From a virus: 26,182 nucleotides of DNA. The stretch lies in UHGV virus genome UHGV-2131677. The stretch is one strand, 5' to 3'. Made by a program: the position numbers and the translations under genes. Each line of letters starts with the position of its first letter. Positions within the stretch are counted from its first letter, which is position 1. Shown in pieces: positions 1-8,721 of this stretch. The notes beneath the pieces are model-generated. The model did no database searches. It was given only the letters and a program-made list of their open reading frames with translations, and was not told where the DNA came from.

Positions 1-151
1 CACTCCTTTTAAGACAGTTTTGACTGGCTGTGATAAAGGTTAAACCTTCCAGCAAGGGGAAGGTCAAGAAATTAATCTTGTTGATTTGAAAAGGATTTTT
101 AAATCAATATCTTCCAGTGTCCACGTAGTGTCCAAATATTCGAGAAACATA

Positions 152-180
152 AAGCCCGCACTGTTAAGCGCGGGCTTTTT
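152..180. terminator. Rho-independent terminator hairpin (AAGCCCGC / GCGGGCTT stem, T-run on the plus side, T-rich on the minus side) immediately downstream of the methyltransferase stop
   Basis: Inverted repeat aagcccgc...gcgggcttttt read directly; sits 1 nt after the minus-strand stop codon at 182-184. Confidence 0.5.
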
Positions 181-181
181 C

Positions 182-946
182 TTATGCTGCTGCGGGGATC
201 AACTGCGCCTGACGCAGTCGTTCCACAGCAACATCAAAATAGTGCGGGCTTGTCTCGATGCCGATGAATTTGCAGCCTGCTTTCAGTGCAGCTACGCCCG
301 TGGTTCCCGAACCCATGAACGGGTCAAGGATTGTGCCGCCGTCGCCTGCTGTCCTGACCAACTCTGCCATCAGCTCTTCCGGTTTTCCGGTCGGATGCAG
401 TTTCTTTTGTGGTTTAACCTGGTGTGTCATGCAGCCGTCAAACGGGCCGTTCGGGGATTTACCCAGATGACCTTTGCTGCCCCAGACCATGAATTCGCAC
501 TGATGCCGGAAATACCCGGTGTGAGGCGCTCGCGCCGCCCTTCCTTTGTTCCAGACAACAATGCCGCGCCAGGTAAAGCCACTGACCTGAAAAGCATCGG
601 TCAGGGCGGGTAATTGTCGCCAGTCGGAAAATACCAGAGCATACCCTCCCGGCCTGACGGCGTGGTATGCCTGCATCATCCACAACTGCATCCAGTATGC
701 CCATGAATGGGCATCCATGTTTTCACCTGCGAAGCCCTCAAAGTGATGAAGACTCTCATCGTTTAGATATTTTGCGTGGCTGCCCTGGCAGGTGCGTCCG
801 GCTTTGTGTGTCGCGCCGGAACTGTAGGGTGGGTCGGTGATGAGCGCGTCCACACTGTCCGGCTCAATATGTGGCAATACTGTCAGTGCGTCGCCGCAGT
901 ACAGACGGGTGTTTTCGGTTACGATGCGTTGTTGAAATCCGGTCAA
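182..946 (-). CDS. DNA N6-adenine (or N4-cytosine) methyltransferase, beta-class
   Basis: Translation has catalytic motif IV (ALITDPPY) N-terminal to AdoMet motif I (ILDPFMGSGTTGVAA), the beta-class order. Start uncertain: TTG at 946 preceded by GGAG at 8 nt is preferred; GTG at 1000 overlapping the ogr stop (GTGA) is the alternative but adds an odd hydrophobic N-terminus. Confidence 0.85.
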   Translation of the reverse strand: MTGFQQRIVTENTRLYCGDALTVLPHIEPDSVDALITDPPYSSGATHKAGRTCQGSHAKYLNDESLHHFEGFAGENMDAHSWAYWMQLWMMQAYHAVRPGGYALVFSDWRQLPALTDAFQVSGFTWRGIVVWNKGRAARAPHTGYFRHQCEFMVWGSKGHLGKSPNGPFDGCMTHQVKPQKKLHPTGKPEELMAELVRTAGDGGTILDPFMGSGTTGVAALKAGCKFIGIETSPHYFDVAVERLRQAQLIPAAA

Positions 947-996
947 AGATAAAACTCCAGAATCAAAAGAATACAGAAACAAAAACAGGCATGTGC

Positions 997-1254
997 TCAC
1001 ATTACCGGAAACGGCAGTGACAACTGCGCATCACCCCGGTGAGACGCAGGCAGGCTTTGCCACGGAATATCCTGTGAAGTGCTGCCATAACGTTTAACCG
1101 TGAGTTTGTCGAAACTCTCCAGCGTCGAGAAGGAGAGACTGCATTCCGGGTTGTTGCACTGGCAGAGTTTCCAGCGGACAGTTCCGGTATCGTTCGCGGC
1201 GCGACTGGTGCGGGTGCGTGTGCTCGCACCACAAAAAGGACACGGAAAAGACAC
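997..1254 (-). CDS. ogr: Ogr/Delta-family zinc-finger late transcription activator
   Basis: CPFC...RTSR...CQCNNPEC...FSTLES matches the P2 Ogr Cys4 pattern (CPLC...RTSR...CQNVNC...FITYES). Start placed at GTG 1252-1254 with AAGGAGG 8 nt upstream, which puts the first Cys near the N-terminus as in Ogr. Confidence 0.8.
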   Translation of the reverse strand: MSFPCPFCGASTRTRTSRAANDTGTVRWKLCQCNNPECSLSFSTLESFDKLTVKRYGSTSQDIPWQSLPASHRGDAQLSLPFPVM

Positions 1255-1304
1255 GACGAAGACCTCCTTTTTCGTGAAGGCGAATCGTCGTGATTTTATT
1301 CCGG

Positions 1305-2438
1305 TTATTCCTGTTGTGCTATCCATTCAGGAATTTTTAATTCCATCTCAAGCCGCGTGGTGAAGCCGCTGTCGTCGATGTTGTGCTCCACCTTCGCCAG
1401 CACCCAGTCTTCCGCGTCGATGTCGCTCTTGAAACCGGATACCGTGCCGCGCATTTCGGGGTACAGGTCGGGGCGACCGCGTGCCAGTGTGATGGAGAAC
1501 TCAGCCGCACCGCGCTGTAGCTGCTGCCACTTTGCCGCAGCGGCACGGCGTGCGGCCTCCTCGTTTTTGAAGGTTTGGCGCATGACGTACACATTGCCGT
1601 CTGCGCCCTCCATGTAATCCCCCTCGCGGCTGCTGCTTTTCTCCTTTTTTGTTTTTTGGGCAGAACCACGTTTCTTCACGCTGACTTTTTTCTTTTTGCC
1701 ATAGTCCAGGTCCAGCCAGTAAGCTCGTACCCCCGTGTACGCCTGCCGGTCTGCAATGCGGAAGTGATGGCTGTCACCGCTGCTGCGGGTGATGGCGAAT
1801 GAGGGCAGCGGCTTTCCGCTGGCGCTCACCCCCTGTCCGGGCACGATGAAAAGCAGTGCGCCGTTCTTGACGGTGGCGATTGCTCCCAGCATGTCTGCCA
1901 TACGCGTGAGGAACGAGATGTCGCTTTCCTCCGTCTGGTCGGCGTGGTCGATTTCCAGCCCTGCCAGTGAGGCGCTGATTTGCGCTTTCAGCCCGTAGCG
2001 GTACGCGATGGCAGAAACAACCTGTCCCACCGTCACGTCATGCCAGGACACTTCACGCTTCACGTTGAACTCCTGGCGGAAGTCTGCGCTGCTGGCCGTA
2101 ATGGTGAGTCTGTCCGGCGGTCCCTCGTGTGTCACCTCGTCAACGATGAACGCTCCCTTGTCCGTCAGCGCCTCACCTTTCCAGCCCAGCGCCAGCCCCA
2201 GCTTCTGCCCTCGCTTCGGGAGACGCACGCCGCCGTCGCTGTCGTCAATCGTGAGGGTTAACTGGTCTGCCTCAAATCCCCGGTTGTCGGTCATTGCCAG
2301 CGAGATGACCCGTCGGGTTAACGCCTCGTTTTCCTCTTTTTTTCCGGTTTCCGCGTTGTCAGTTGTGACGGAAAAATCCGGTATCTTCACGCACTCTGCC
2401 AGCCCGGCGAGGTATCCGTTAATGCCCGAAAAGTTCAT
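1305..2438 (-). CDS. D: Tail protein D (late control gene D family)
   Basis: Full-length similarity to P2 gpD recalled from memory; start ATG at 2436-2438 (MNFSGINGY) with GGAG 8 nt upstream; contains an internal Lys-rich insertion. Confidence 0.9.
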   Translation of the reverse strand: MNFSGINGYLAGLAECVKIPDFSVTTDNAETGKKEENEALTRRVISLAMTDNRGFEADQLTLTIDDSDGGVRLPKRGQKLGLALGWKGEALTDKGAFIVDEVTHEGPPDRLTITASSADFRQEFNVKREVSWHDVTVGQVVSAIAYRYGLKAQISASLAGLEIDHADQTEESDISFLTRMADMLGAIATVKNGALLFIVPGQGVSASGKPLPSFAITRSSGDSHHFRIADRQAYTGVRAYWLDLDYGKKKKVSVKKRGSAQKTKKEKSSSREGDYMEGADGNVYVMRQTFKNEEAARRAAAAKWQQLQRGAAEFSITLARGRPDLYPEMRGTVSGFKSDIDAEDWVLAKVEHNIDDSGFTTRLEMELKIPEWIAQQE

Positions 2439-2601
2439 CCCGCTTTCTCCGTCTGTGTCTTCGTCCTGCAAATCATTTCACACACGCGAAATACACCGCG
2501 AGCCGCGCATGTTGTAGGAGAGCGGCGAGAAGGGGCGGCGCGTGAATGTCGGGGTGTTTTTCGGGAGGATAGTGCCACAGAAAAAACACCAGGAGGTGCT
2601 C

Positions 2602-3783
2602 ATGAGTGAAACACGCTTTCACGGCGCACGCGTCAAAGAAAACACCGACCTCGTGACCGCGATTAATGACATTGATTCCAGTGTCATCGGTATCGTGGCT
2701 ACGGCGGACGATGCAGACAGCGACGCGTTCCCGTTAAACAGGCCCGTACTGATCACCCGCGTGGTGAATGTGCTGGGTAAGGCAGGCACAACAGGCACGC
2801 TGTACAAAACGCTCAAGGCGATTTCCGACCAGACCAGCCCGAAGGTTATCGTGGTGCGTGTGGCAGAAGCCGGAGAGGAAGGTGAGACACAGGACCAGCT
2901 TGTCATCGGTGGTTCGCAGGCTGACGGCAGCTACACGGGCATGTATGCCCTGCTGGTTGCCGAACAGGATGAGAGCATTGGTTACCGCCCGCGTATTCTG
3001 GCGGCTCCCGGCCTTGATACCGAAGCTGTCACATCTGCCCTGTGCGTCATTGCGGACAAGCTCCGCGCCTTTGTGTACGCCGGATGTAACGGCTGTGACA
3101 CGATGGCGGAGGCAATCACTTACCGCGCTAAGTTCTCCGCGCGTGAGCTGATGCTGCTGTGGCCTGACTTCATTGCCTACAACCCGGTGAGCGGAAATAA
3201 CGAAACATTTCCGGCTGCGGCGTATGCGTGCGGGTTGCGTGCGCGGATTGACAGTGAGCAGGGCTGGCACAAGTCACTGTCCAACGTGGCGCTGAAAAAT
3301 GTGCTCGGTATGTCGCAGCAGGTGTTCTGGTCTTTGCAGGCTGAAGACAGTGATGCGAACAACCTGAACAACAAGGAAATCACCACGATTATTCGCCGTA
3401 ACGGCTTCCGCTTCTGGGGGAACCGTACTGCCGAAACCAGCGACTACATCTTTGAGGTGTACACGCGCACAGCGCAGATTCTGGCAGATACCATCGCTGA
3501 GGCGCAGTTCGAAACCATTGACGAACCGCTGACCCCGGCGAACGTGAAGGACGTGATTAGCGCCATCCGCGCAAAACTCAATGCCCTGGTCACCGCCGGA
3601 AAACTTATCGGTGCGGAGTGCTGGTATGACGTGCTGGACAACGGCACGACGGATTTACGTCAGGGGCGCGTGCGTATCCGCTACAAGTACACACCAGTGC
3701 CGCCGATGGAAGACCTGACGCTGTACCAGACCTTCACGGATGAGTATTTCGACTCCGCTTTTGCAACGCTGGGAGGTGCGTAA
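2602..3783 (+). CDS. FI: Contractile tail sheath protein FI
   Basis: Strong collinear similarity to P2 gpFI (e.g. RAKIDxEQGWHKxLSNV, IRRxGFRFWGNRT, YxYTPVPPxExLTL); ATG 2602 with AGGAGG upstream. Confidence 0.95.
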   Translation: MSETRFHGARVKENTDLVTAINDIDSSVIGIVATADDADSDAFPLNRPVLITRVVNVLGKAGTTGTLYKTLKAISDQTSPKVIVVRVAEAGEEGETQDQLVIGGSQADGSYTGMYALLVAEQDESIGYRPRILAAPGLDTEAVTSALCVIADKLRAFVYAGCNGCDTMAEAITYRAKFSARELMLLWPDFIAYNPVSGNNETFPAAAYACGLRARIDSEQGWHKSLSNVALKNVLGMSQQVFWSLQAEDSDANNLNNKEITTIIRRNGFRFWGNRTAETSDYIFEVYTRTAQILADTIAEAQFETIDEPLTPANVKDVISAIRAKLNALVTAGKLIGAECWYDVLDNGTTDLRQGRVRIRYKYTPVPPMEDLTLYQTFTDEYFDSAFATLGGA

Positions 3784-4299
3784 ATGGCTGTACCACGTTA
3801 CGTTCGCCAGTTCACGCTGTTTGTGAACGGCAAAAACAAAATCGGCACGGTGACAGGCGTCACTCTGCCTAAACTGACCCGAAAAACCGAAGCCTATCGC
3901 GGTGGCGGGATGCTGGGTGCGGTGCATATTGACCTCGGACTGGATGACGGCGCACTGGATGCCTCATTCACCACCGGCGGTGTTGAAAAAGAGTTGCTCC
4001 AGGAATACGCCACTGACATTAACGAAGTGGCGCTGCGCTTTGTGGGTGAGCTGTTCACCGATGGTGAGGAAAGTCAGCTCCTTGAGGTGGAGATGCGCGG
4101 ACGCATCACGGAAATCGACCGTGGCGAAACCAAACAGGGCGACACCACACAGTACACCTTCGCCGTCAAAAACACCTACTACAAGGAGTCGGTGGATGAC
4201 AGCGATGTGACAGAAATCGACCTGCTGAACTTCATCTACAAAAAAGACGGCCAGAACGTCTTTGGTGACCGCGTGAGTTCGGCGCTCGGTCTGAACTGA
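3784..4299 (+). CDS. FII: Tail tube protein FII
   Basis: Similarity to P2 gpFII (LPKLTRKxExYRGxGM, DLGLDDxAL); start ATG abuts the FI stop (TAAATG). Confidence 0.95.
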   Translation: MAVPRYVRQFTLFVNGKNKIGTVTGVTLPKLTRKTEAYRGGGMLGAVHIDLGLDDGALDASFTTGGVEKELLQEYATDINEVALRFVGELFTDGEESQLLEVEMRGRITEIDRGETKQGDTTQYTFAVKNTYYKESVDDSDVTEIDLLNFIYKKDGQNVFGDRVSSALGLN

Positions 4300-4311
4300 C
4301 AGTATTAACAG

Positions 4312-4330
4312 GGCGGCACGCCGTGCCGCC
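4312..4330 (+). other. GC-rich inverted repeat (GGCGGCACG C CGTGCCGCC) in the FII-E intergenic spacer; possible mRNA stem-loop
   Basis: Perfect 9-bp inverted repeat read directly; no following T-run, so not a canonical terminator. Confidence 0.4.
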
Positions 4331-4344
4331 ACAGGAGAAAGAAA

Positions 4345-4728
4345 ATGGCAGCAAAGAAAGATGACATCATGAACGACGACATCATTGCAGAGGACACCGC
4401 TGTGGAAAGCGCAGAGACCGCAGGGGAAAAAACGGGTGTGCAGTTATCCTGCCCGGTGGTGCGTGGCGAGCGCGTTATTGACTTCGTGGAGATTGGCGAG
4501 GAAATTCGTCAGGCAGGTTCACTGCGCGGCCTGTCGCTGATTGAGGTGCTGAACCTCAAAACAGACCCGGTGATGACGCTGCTTTCACGCGTGACCACAC
4601 CACGCCTGAAGCTGGCAGAAATTCAGTCACTGTCCACCGGTGATTTCGTGGCGCTGGCTACTCTGGTGGCGAATTTTTTGGCTCCCACGGAGTCTGCGAA
4701 ACCGTCCGTGGCGGTGACGGAAGCGTGA
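4345..4728 (+). CDS. E: Tail assembly chaperone E
   Basis: Position after FII, size (127 aa), acidic N-terminus, and slippery heptamer near its 3' end as in P2 gene E. Confidence 0.85.
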   Translation: MAAKKDDIMNDDIIAEDTAVESAETAGEKTGVQLSCPVVRGERVIDFVEIGEEIRQAGSLRGLSLIEVLNLKTDPVMTLLSRVTTPRLKLAEIQSLSTGDFVALATLVANFLAPTESAKPSVAVTEA

Positions 4729-4892
4729 TCACGCTGGCGAAGTTCGACCACGTTGAAGAACTGATCGCCGATATTGCAGTCGTGTTTAACTGGTCGCCCG
4801 GCGAGATATTCTCAATGCCTCTCGTCGAGGTGATGAGCTGGCGTGAGCGGGTGGCGCAACGTAGCGGAGTCCGCAACAGTGAAATCCCTTGA
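4345..4892 (+). CDS. E': Tail assembly chaperone E+E', product of a programmed -1 translational frameshift at TTTTTTG (4674-4680)
   Basis: Slippery heptamer T TTT TTG in the E frame; the -1 frame is open from 4680 to the TGA at 4890-4892 and encodes ...GSVITLAKFDHVEELIADIAVVFNWSPGEIFSMPL...WRER..., matching the conserved P2 E' extension. Confidence 0.7.
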
Positions 4893-7800
4893 TATTCGTG
4901 TCAGTTTTGGCGCAATCGACCGGCTGACACGTCCGACCGAAAACGCCCGCCGTCAGGTGGGCGCTCTCACTGAATCCCTTCAGAATACGCAGAACAACAT
5001 ACAGGCGCTCGACAGGCAGTCCAAGGTGTTCGAACGTGCCGCCGGAAATCTCAGTAAATACCGCGAACAGATTGCCCGCGCGGAGCAGAGGCTCGCCGGG
5101 CTGCGAAAGGCAGAGCAGGACGGCAAAAACCTCTCTGAAAAGCAGCGGGAGATGATGACGGCGCTGTCTGCACGTCTTGAGCGCCTGAACGAGCTGCGCA
5201 CGCGCGAACGCGAAAAACTTCAGGCGGCGGCAGGGGAAATGCGCAGACACGGCATTCTGCTTTCCGGTAGCAGCCGGACCATCGAAAGTGCCGTTCGCCG
5301 CACACAGCAGTACAACGAGCAGCTCGAGCGCGAACGGCAGGTGCTGGCTCGCGTGACGCAGGCACAGAACCGCTATGAGGCCGCGAAGGCTCAGGCGGAA
5401 AAACTGCGCAACACAGGGGCTGTGGCGATGGCGGCGGGTACAGGTGGCCTGTATGCGGCGCAGCGCATGATGGCTCCGGCGATGGAATCCGAACAGCACG
5501 GCGCGGTTATCGCTGCCGGTTCGGGGGAAGGCGCAGAGGATGGCGCACGTTACACTCACATCATCCGTAACATACAGGCTGACGGTCTCGCTGATTTTGC
5601 CGGTGCTGCGGAGGCCGTGAGTGCGGTACGCAGCACGCTCGGTGCGCTGGGCGACACCGGCGACCGGGAACTGGAGCGCATCAGTCGTCGTGCGCTGGAT
5701 ATGCAGACCGTCTTTGGTGTTGATGTGCCGCAGAGCATTCAGGCCGCTGCCATCATGATGAAGAACGGGCTGGCTGCCAGCAGTGACGAGGCTACTAACC
5801 TGATGACGGCAGGGATGCAGCGTATGTCCGCTGAAATGCGCGATGAACTGCCGGAAATTCTGCACGAGTATTCCACCCACTTCCGCAACATGGGCTTCAC
5901 CGGCAGCGAGACAATGAGTCTGCTGGTTGAGATGGCAAAGCAGGGCAAGTTTGCTCTGGATAAAACCGGCGATGCCGTGAAGGAGTTCAGCATCCGGGGT
6001 TCGGATATGTCGAAATCCAGTGTCTCAGCGTATGAGACACTCGGCCTGAATGCCGAACGGGTGTCTGCTGCCATTGCACAGGGGGGCGGCAACGCACGTC
6101 AGGCGATGCAGGTGACCGCCCGTGCACTGCTGGCCATCCGTGACCCGGCAGAGCGGGCGAACACGGCCATTGCGCTGTTCGGCACACCCGTTGAAGACCT
6201 CTCCGTTGACCAGATCCCGCGGTTCTTAAAGGCGCTGGCCGATGTCCGTGACAACCTGGGCGATGTCAGCGGCGTGGCAGACCGCATGGGGCAGACGCTG
6301 CGCGGTAATCTTTCCGGCGATGTTCAGGCCCTGAGTGGTGCGTTCTCAGGGCTACGCACGGACATCTTCGGCACAGTGACGGAGGATTTGCGCGGGCTGG
6401 TTCAGACGGTGAGCGCGTGGGTAACCCGGATGCGCGAATGGGTCGGAGAGCATCAGGCGCTGGTCAGAGTTCTGGTGCTGACCGGCGGGAGTGTTCTGGC
6501 GCTGTCTTCCACGTTCGGTGCGCTGTCGCTGACGCTCGGGCTGATTGCGGGGCCGCTGGCAAAACTGCAACTGGGGCTGGGACTGCTGACGGGGGGCGGC
6601 GGCATTGGTGGTGCTGTCCGGCTTGTGTCCGCGCTGGCACTGCGCCTGACGGGGCTGCCTGCGCTGTGGGCGCTGGTCACGGGGGCGGTGTCGGTACTGG
6701 GTGGCGCACTGGGTGCGCTGTTCAGTCCGGTCGGGCTGATCGTTGCCGCCCTGGTGGGCGGCGCGGTTCTGGTGTTGAAATACTGGGATCAGATCAGCGC
6801 GTTTTTTTCCGGCTTTTTTGCCGGAGTGTGGGAGGCGCTGCAACCGCTGCGGGAAGCCTTTGCATCGCTGGCTCCGGTGTTCGGGCTGATTGGTGACGGC
6901 ATCAAAGCCGCGTGGGAGTGGTTCACCCGCCTGCTTGAACCTGCAAACGCCTCAAAAGAGACGCTCGACAAATGTACCAGTGCAGGGGAGTCGTTCGGGA
7001 AAACGCTGGGGTGGGTCATTCAGAACATTGTGCTGGGGCCGCTGACGCTGCTCCTTGATGGCCTCGGTACCGTGCTGAAGTGGCTGGGTGTCATCCCGGA
7101 CGGCATCAAAGAGGCACAGAAGGAGACGCAAAAACTCCAGGAGAGCGCCGCAAAACAGTCCACACAAAAAGCGCCGGTTGCGTGGGAGTGGGATCCTGCA
7201 CAGAAAAAAATGGTGCAGAAAACATGGTCGTGGTCATCAGATGCAGCGGAAAACAACGGTGACAATAAACCTGCCCCTGCTGTTCCCGGAGAGGTGAGGG
7301 GAACGGCGGACAATCCGGTCGGCAAACCCGGCAGCAAATCCCCGCTGGATGAGGCATGGTTCCGGCAGGGGATACAGAAAACCGCCAACAATACAGGCGG
7401 GCTTCTTGAGGAAACACGCAGGCGCGTCGGTCCCGGCGATATTATTTTCAAAAATCTGCCCGGCCCCGAAATCATTCACGACGAGTGGAAAGCACCGCAG
7501 GTTATCCGGACAGTGCAGGCGGTATCGGCGGGCGGAGGAGTGGTGGATGCGCTGACAACGCTCTGGCAGAAACTCACCGGAAGACAGACTGCTTCACCCG
7601 TACCGGCCGTGAATATTCCTGCGCCGGTGGCGAATGTGGCGCATCAGGTGTCCGCACTGCCGCAGCCGCGTAACGTGACGGAGGGTATGACTGGTGCGGT
7701 GATGGCTTCCGCTCCCGTCGCGGAGGCTATCCGGCCCCCGTTGCGACCGGAATCGGCCAGAAGGGAAGCTGCGCCACAACCGCAGGCTGCTGCGTTTTCC

Positions 7801-7938
7801 GGTGAGATACATGTACATCTGCACAACGTCAACACACAGAATCCGCGCGAACTGGCAAAACTGGTTGGAGAGGCTGTCCGCGAAGAGATGCGCAGACAGG
7901 CGCGTACAGGCATGAACAGCTTCCGCGACAGGGACTAA
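4843..7938 (+). CDS. T: Tail tape measure protein T
   Basis: About 1030 aa, coiled-coil N-terminal part, long Gly/Ala/Leu-rich hydrophobic tract, located between E/E' and U. Start ambiguous: GTG 4843 (GAGGTGA upstream) or GTG 4879 (GGAG upstream). Confidence 0.9.
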   Translation: MSGWRNVAESATVKSLDIRVSFGAIDRLTRPTENARRQVGALTESLQNTQNNIQALDRQSKVFERAAGNLSKYREQIARAEQRLAGLRKAEQDGKNLSEKQREMMTALSARLERLNELRTREREKLQAAAGEMRRHGILLSGSSRTIESAVRRTQQYNEQLERERQVLARVTQAQNRYEAAKAQAEKLRNTGAVAMAAGTGGLYAAQRMMAPAMESEQHGAVIAAGSGEGAEDGARYTHIIRNIQADGLADFAGAAEAVSAVRSTLGALGDTGDRELERISRRALDMQTVFGVDVPQSIQAAAIMMKNGLAASSDEATNLMTAGMQRMSAEMRDELPEILHEYSTHFRNMGFTGSETMSLLVEMAKQGKFALDKTGDAVKEFSIRGSDMSKSSVSAYETLGLNAERVSAAIAQGGGNARQAMQVTARALLAIRDPAERANTAIALFGTPVEDLSVDQIPRFLKALADVRDNLGDVSGVADRMGQTLRGNLSGDVQALSGAFSGLRTDIFGTVTEDLRGLVQTVSAWVTRMREWVGEHQALVRVLVLTGGSVLALSSTFGALSLTLGLIAGPLAKLQLGLGLLTGGGGIGGAVRLVSALALRLTGLPALWALVTGAVSVLGGALGALFSPVGLIVAALVGGAVLVLKYWDQISAFFSGFFAGVWEALQPLREAFASLAPVFGLIGDGIKAAWEWFTRLLEPANASKETLDKCTSAGESFGKTLGWVIQNIVLGPLTLLLDGLGTVLKWLGVIPDGIKEAQKETQKLQESAAKQSTQKAPVAWEWDPAQKKMVQKTWSWSSDAAENNGDNKPAPAVPGEVRGTADNPVGKPGSKSPLDEAWFRQGIQKTANNTGGLLEETRRRVGPGDIIFKNLPGPEIIHDEWKAPQVIRTVQAVSAGGGVVDALTTLWQKLTGRQTASPVPAVNIPAPVANVAHQVSALPQPRNVTEGMTGAVMASAPVAEAIRPPLRPESARREAAPQPQAAAFSGEIHVHLHNVNTQNPRELAKLVGEAVREEMRRQARTGMNSFRDRD

Positions 7939-7951
7939 AGGAGACACAATT

Positions 7952-8410
7952 ATGATGATGATTTTCGGCATGTTTGTGTTTGAACTGAAAACACTGCCGC
8001 ATCAGCAGATCCAGCAGAGCAAAACATGGCGACATGTGAAAAATGAGCGCATAAACCGCTCTGCGGCCTGGCAGTATATCGGCGCAGGTGATGATCAGAT
8101 CACGCTGTCCGGTTTGCTGTACCCGGAAATTACCGGTGGTGAGGTGTCACTGACACTGCTGAACACTCAGGCCTACACCGGATGTCCCTGGCCGCTGATT
8201 GATGGCACGGGGCAGATTTACGGAATGTACGTGATTACGGGATTACAGACCACCCGCTCCGAACTGGATCGTTACGGAAAGGCAAAAAAGATTGAGTTTT
8301 CTGTCAGTTTTCAGCGGTGTGATGAGGATATGAGGGAGAAACTTCAGTCAGCTTCTGCGGGTGAATTACTGAACACGCTTAAAGACAAAATGGCGACAGC
8401 GGCATTCTGA
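7952..8410 (+). CDS. U: Tail protein U
   Basis: MMMIFGMFVFELKTLPHQQ... resembles the P2 gpU N-terminus (MMMVLGLFVF...), ...ITLSGLLYPEITGG...; AAGGAG upstream of ATG. Confidence 0.9.
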   Translation: MMMIFGMFVFELKTLPHQQIQQSKTWRHVKNERINRSAAWQYIGAGDDQITLSGLLYPEITGGEVSLTLLNTQAYTGCPWPLIDGTGQIYGMYVITGLQTTRSELDRYGKAKKIEFSVSFQRCDEDMREKLQSASAGELLNTLKDKMATAAF

Positions 8411-8420
8411 ATAAAAAGAA

Positions 8421-8441
8421 GGGAGTGTAAAAAACACTCCC
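8421..8441 (-). terminator. Hairpin terminator (GGGAGTGT-AAAAA-ACACTCCC), T-run on the minus-strand side
   Basis: Perfect 8-bp stem read directly; flanked by aaaaagaa on the plus strand, which is a U-tract on the minus strand; may also act weakly for the plus-strand U transcript. Confidence 0.5.
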
Positions 8442-8470
8442 TTATACCCGTTATGGAAGAAAAGCAAATG

Positions 8471-8498
8471 TTGTCAATACATTCTCACTATATATAAA
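8471..8498 (+). promoter_or_regulatory. Candidate sigma70 promoter (TTGTCA - 16 bp - TATAAA) inside the AT-rich island
   Basis: Hexamers read directly; AT-rich context makes chance matches likely. Confidence 0.25.
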
Positions 8499-8532
8499 TC
8501 GCCCGATGAAGGCAATGGTGATATTCGGGAAA

Positions 8533-8556
8533 TAAAAAAGCCCTCATAAAGAGGGC
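8533..8556 (-). terminator. Rho-independent terminator (GCCCTC-ATAAA-GAGGGC followed by a U-run on the minus strand)
   Basis: Stem plus aaaaaa immediately 5' on the plus strand, which is a T6 run 3' of the hairpin on the minus strand. Confidence 0.55.
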
Positions 8557-8586
8557 AACATGCATTGTGTGAAGATTTAAAGTTCT

Positions 8587-8721
8587 ATGTTCCGGAAGGG
8601 ATTATATTGGGTTGGCGTTATTGAAACAATATTTTTAATTATTATCGTCATCGATGAAAATGTTTCCTGCGATTTTGTTGCTCTGATTACAATTTTGTCT
8701 GTTACTGTATCTTTGTGGTAA
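8587..8721 (+). CDS. Candidate small hydrophobic peptide (44 aa, MFRKGLYWVGVIETIFLIIIVIDENVSCDFVALITILSVTVSLW); possible type I toxin-like membrane peptide
   Basis: Hand translation of the plus strand; two hydrophobic segments; weak RBS; below the 60-aa cut-off of the supplied ORF track; could be a chance ORF in AT-rich DNA. Confidence 0.2.
   Translation: MFRKGLYWVGVIETIFLIIIVIDENVSCDFVALITILSVTVSLW
8601..8629 (-). promoter_or_regulatory. Candidate minus-strand promoter (TTGTTT - 17 bp - TATAAT) that would drive a roughly 60-nt antisense RNA ending at the 8533-8556 terminator
   Basis: Perfect TATAAT (reverse complement of 8601-8606) with a TTG-containing -35 at 8624-8629; AT-rich context. 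Confidence 0.25.

Noticed and set aside
86-613. 175-aa plus-strand ORF at the left edge
   Set aside because: Overlaps the methyltransferase gene on the opposite strand and runs through the terminator hairpin at 152-180; no supporting features.
1337-1669. 110-aa minus-strand ORF in an alternative frame inside gene D
   Set aside because: Fully embedded in the conserved D coding region and begins within the poly-A lysine tract; most likely a frame artefact, noted only as a possible slippage product.
2542-2601. N-terminal extension of FI from the GTG at 2542 (MNVGVFFGRIVPQKKHQEVL...)
   Set aside because: The ATG at 2602 has a strong AGGAGG RBS and gives an N-terminus matching tail sheath proteins; the upstream region is better explained as the divergent D/FI promoter spacer.
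4786-5880. 364-aa ORF on the minus strand, plus other long minus-strand ORFs at 5739-6092, 6352-6843 and 7020-7475
   Set aside because: All lie antisense within the tape measure gene T, which has clear family features and operon context; GC-rich DNA commonly gives long spurious antisense ORFs; no RBS or homology signal.
8421-8441. Hairpin after U as a dedicated plus-strand terminator
   Set aside because: The U-tract is on the minus-strand side only; on the plus strand the stem is followed by TTATACCCG, so it is annotated as minus-oriented or bidirectional at best.
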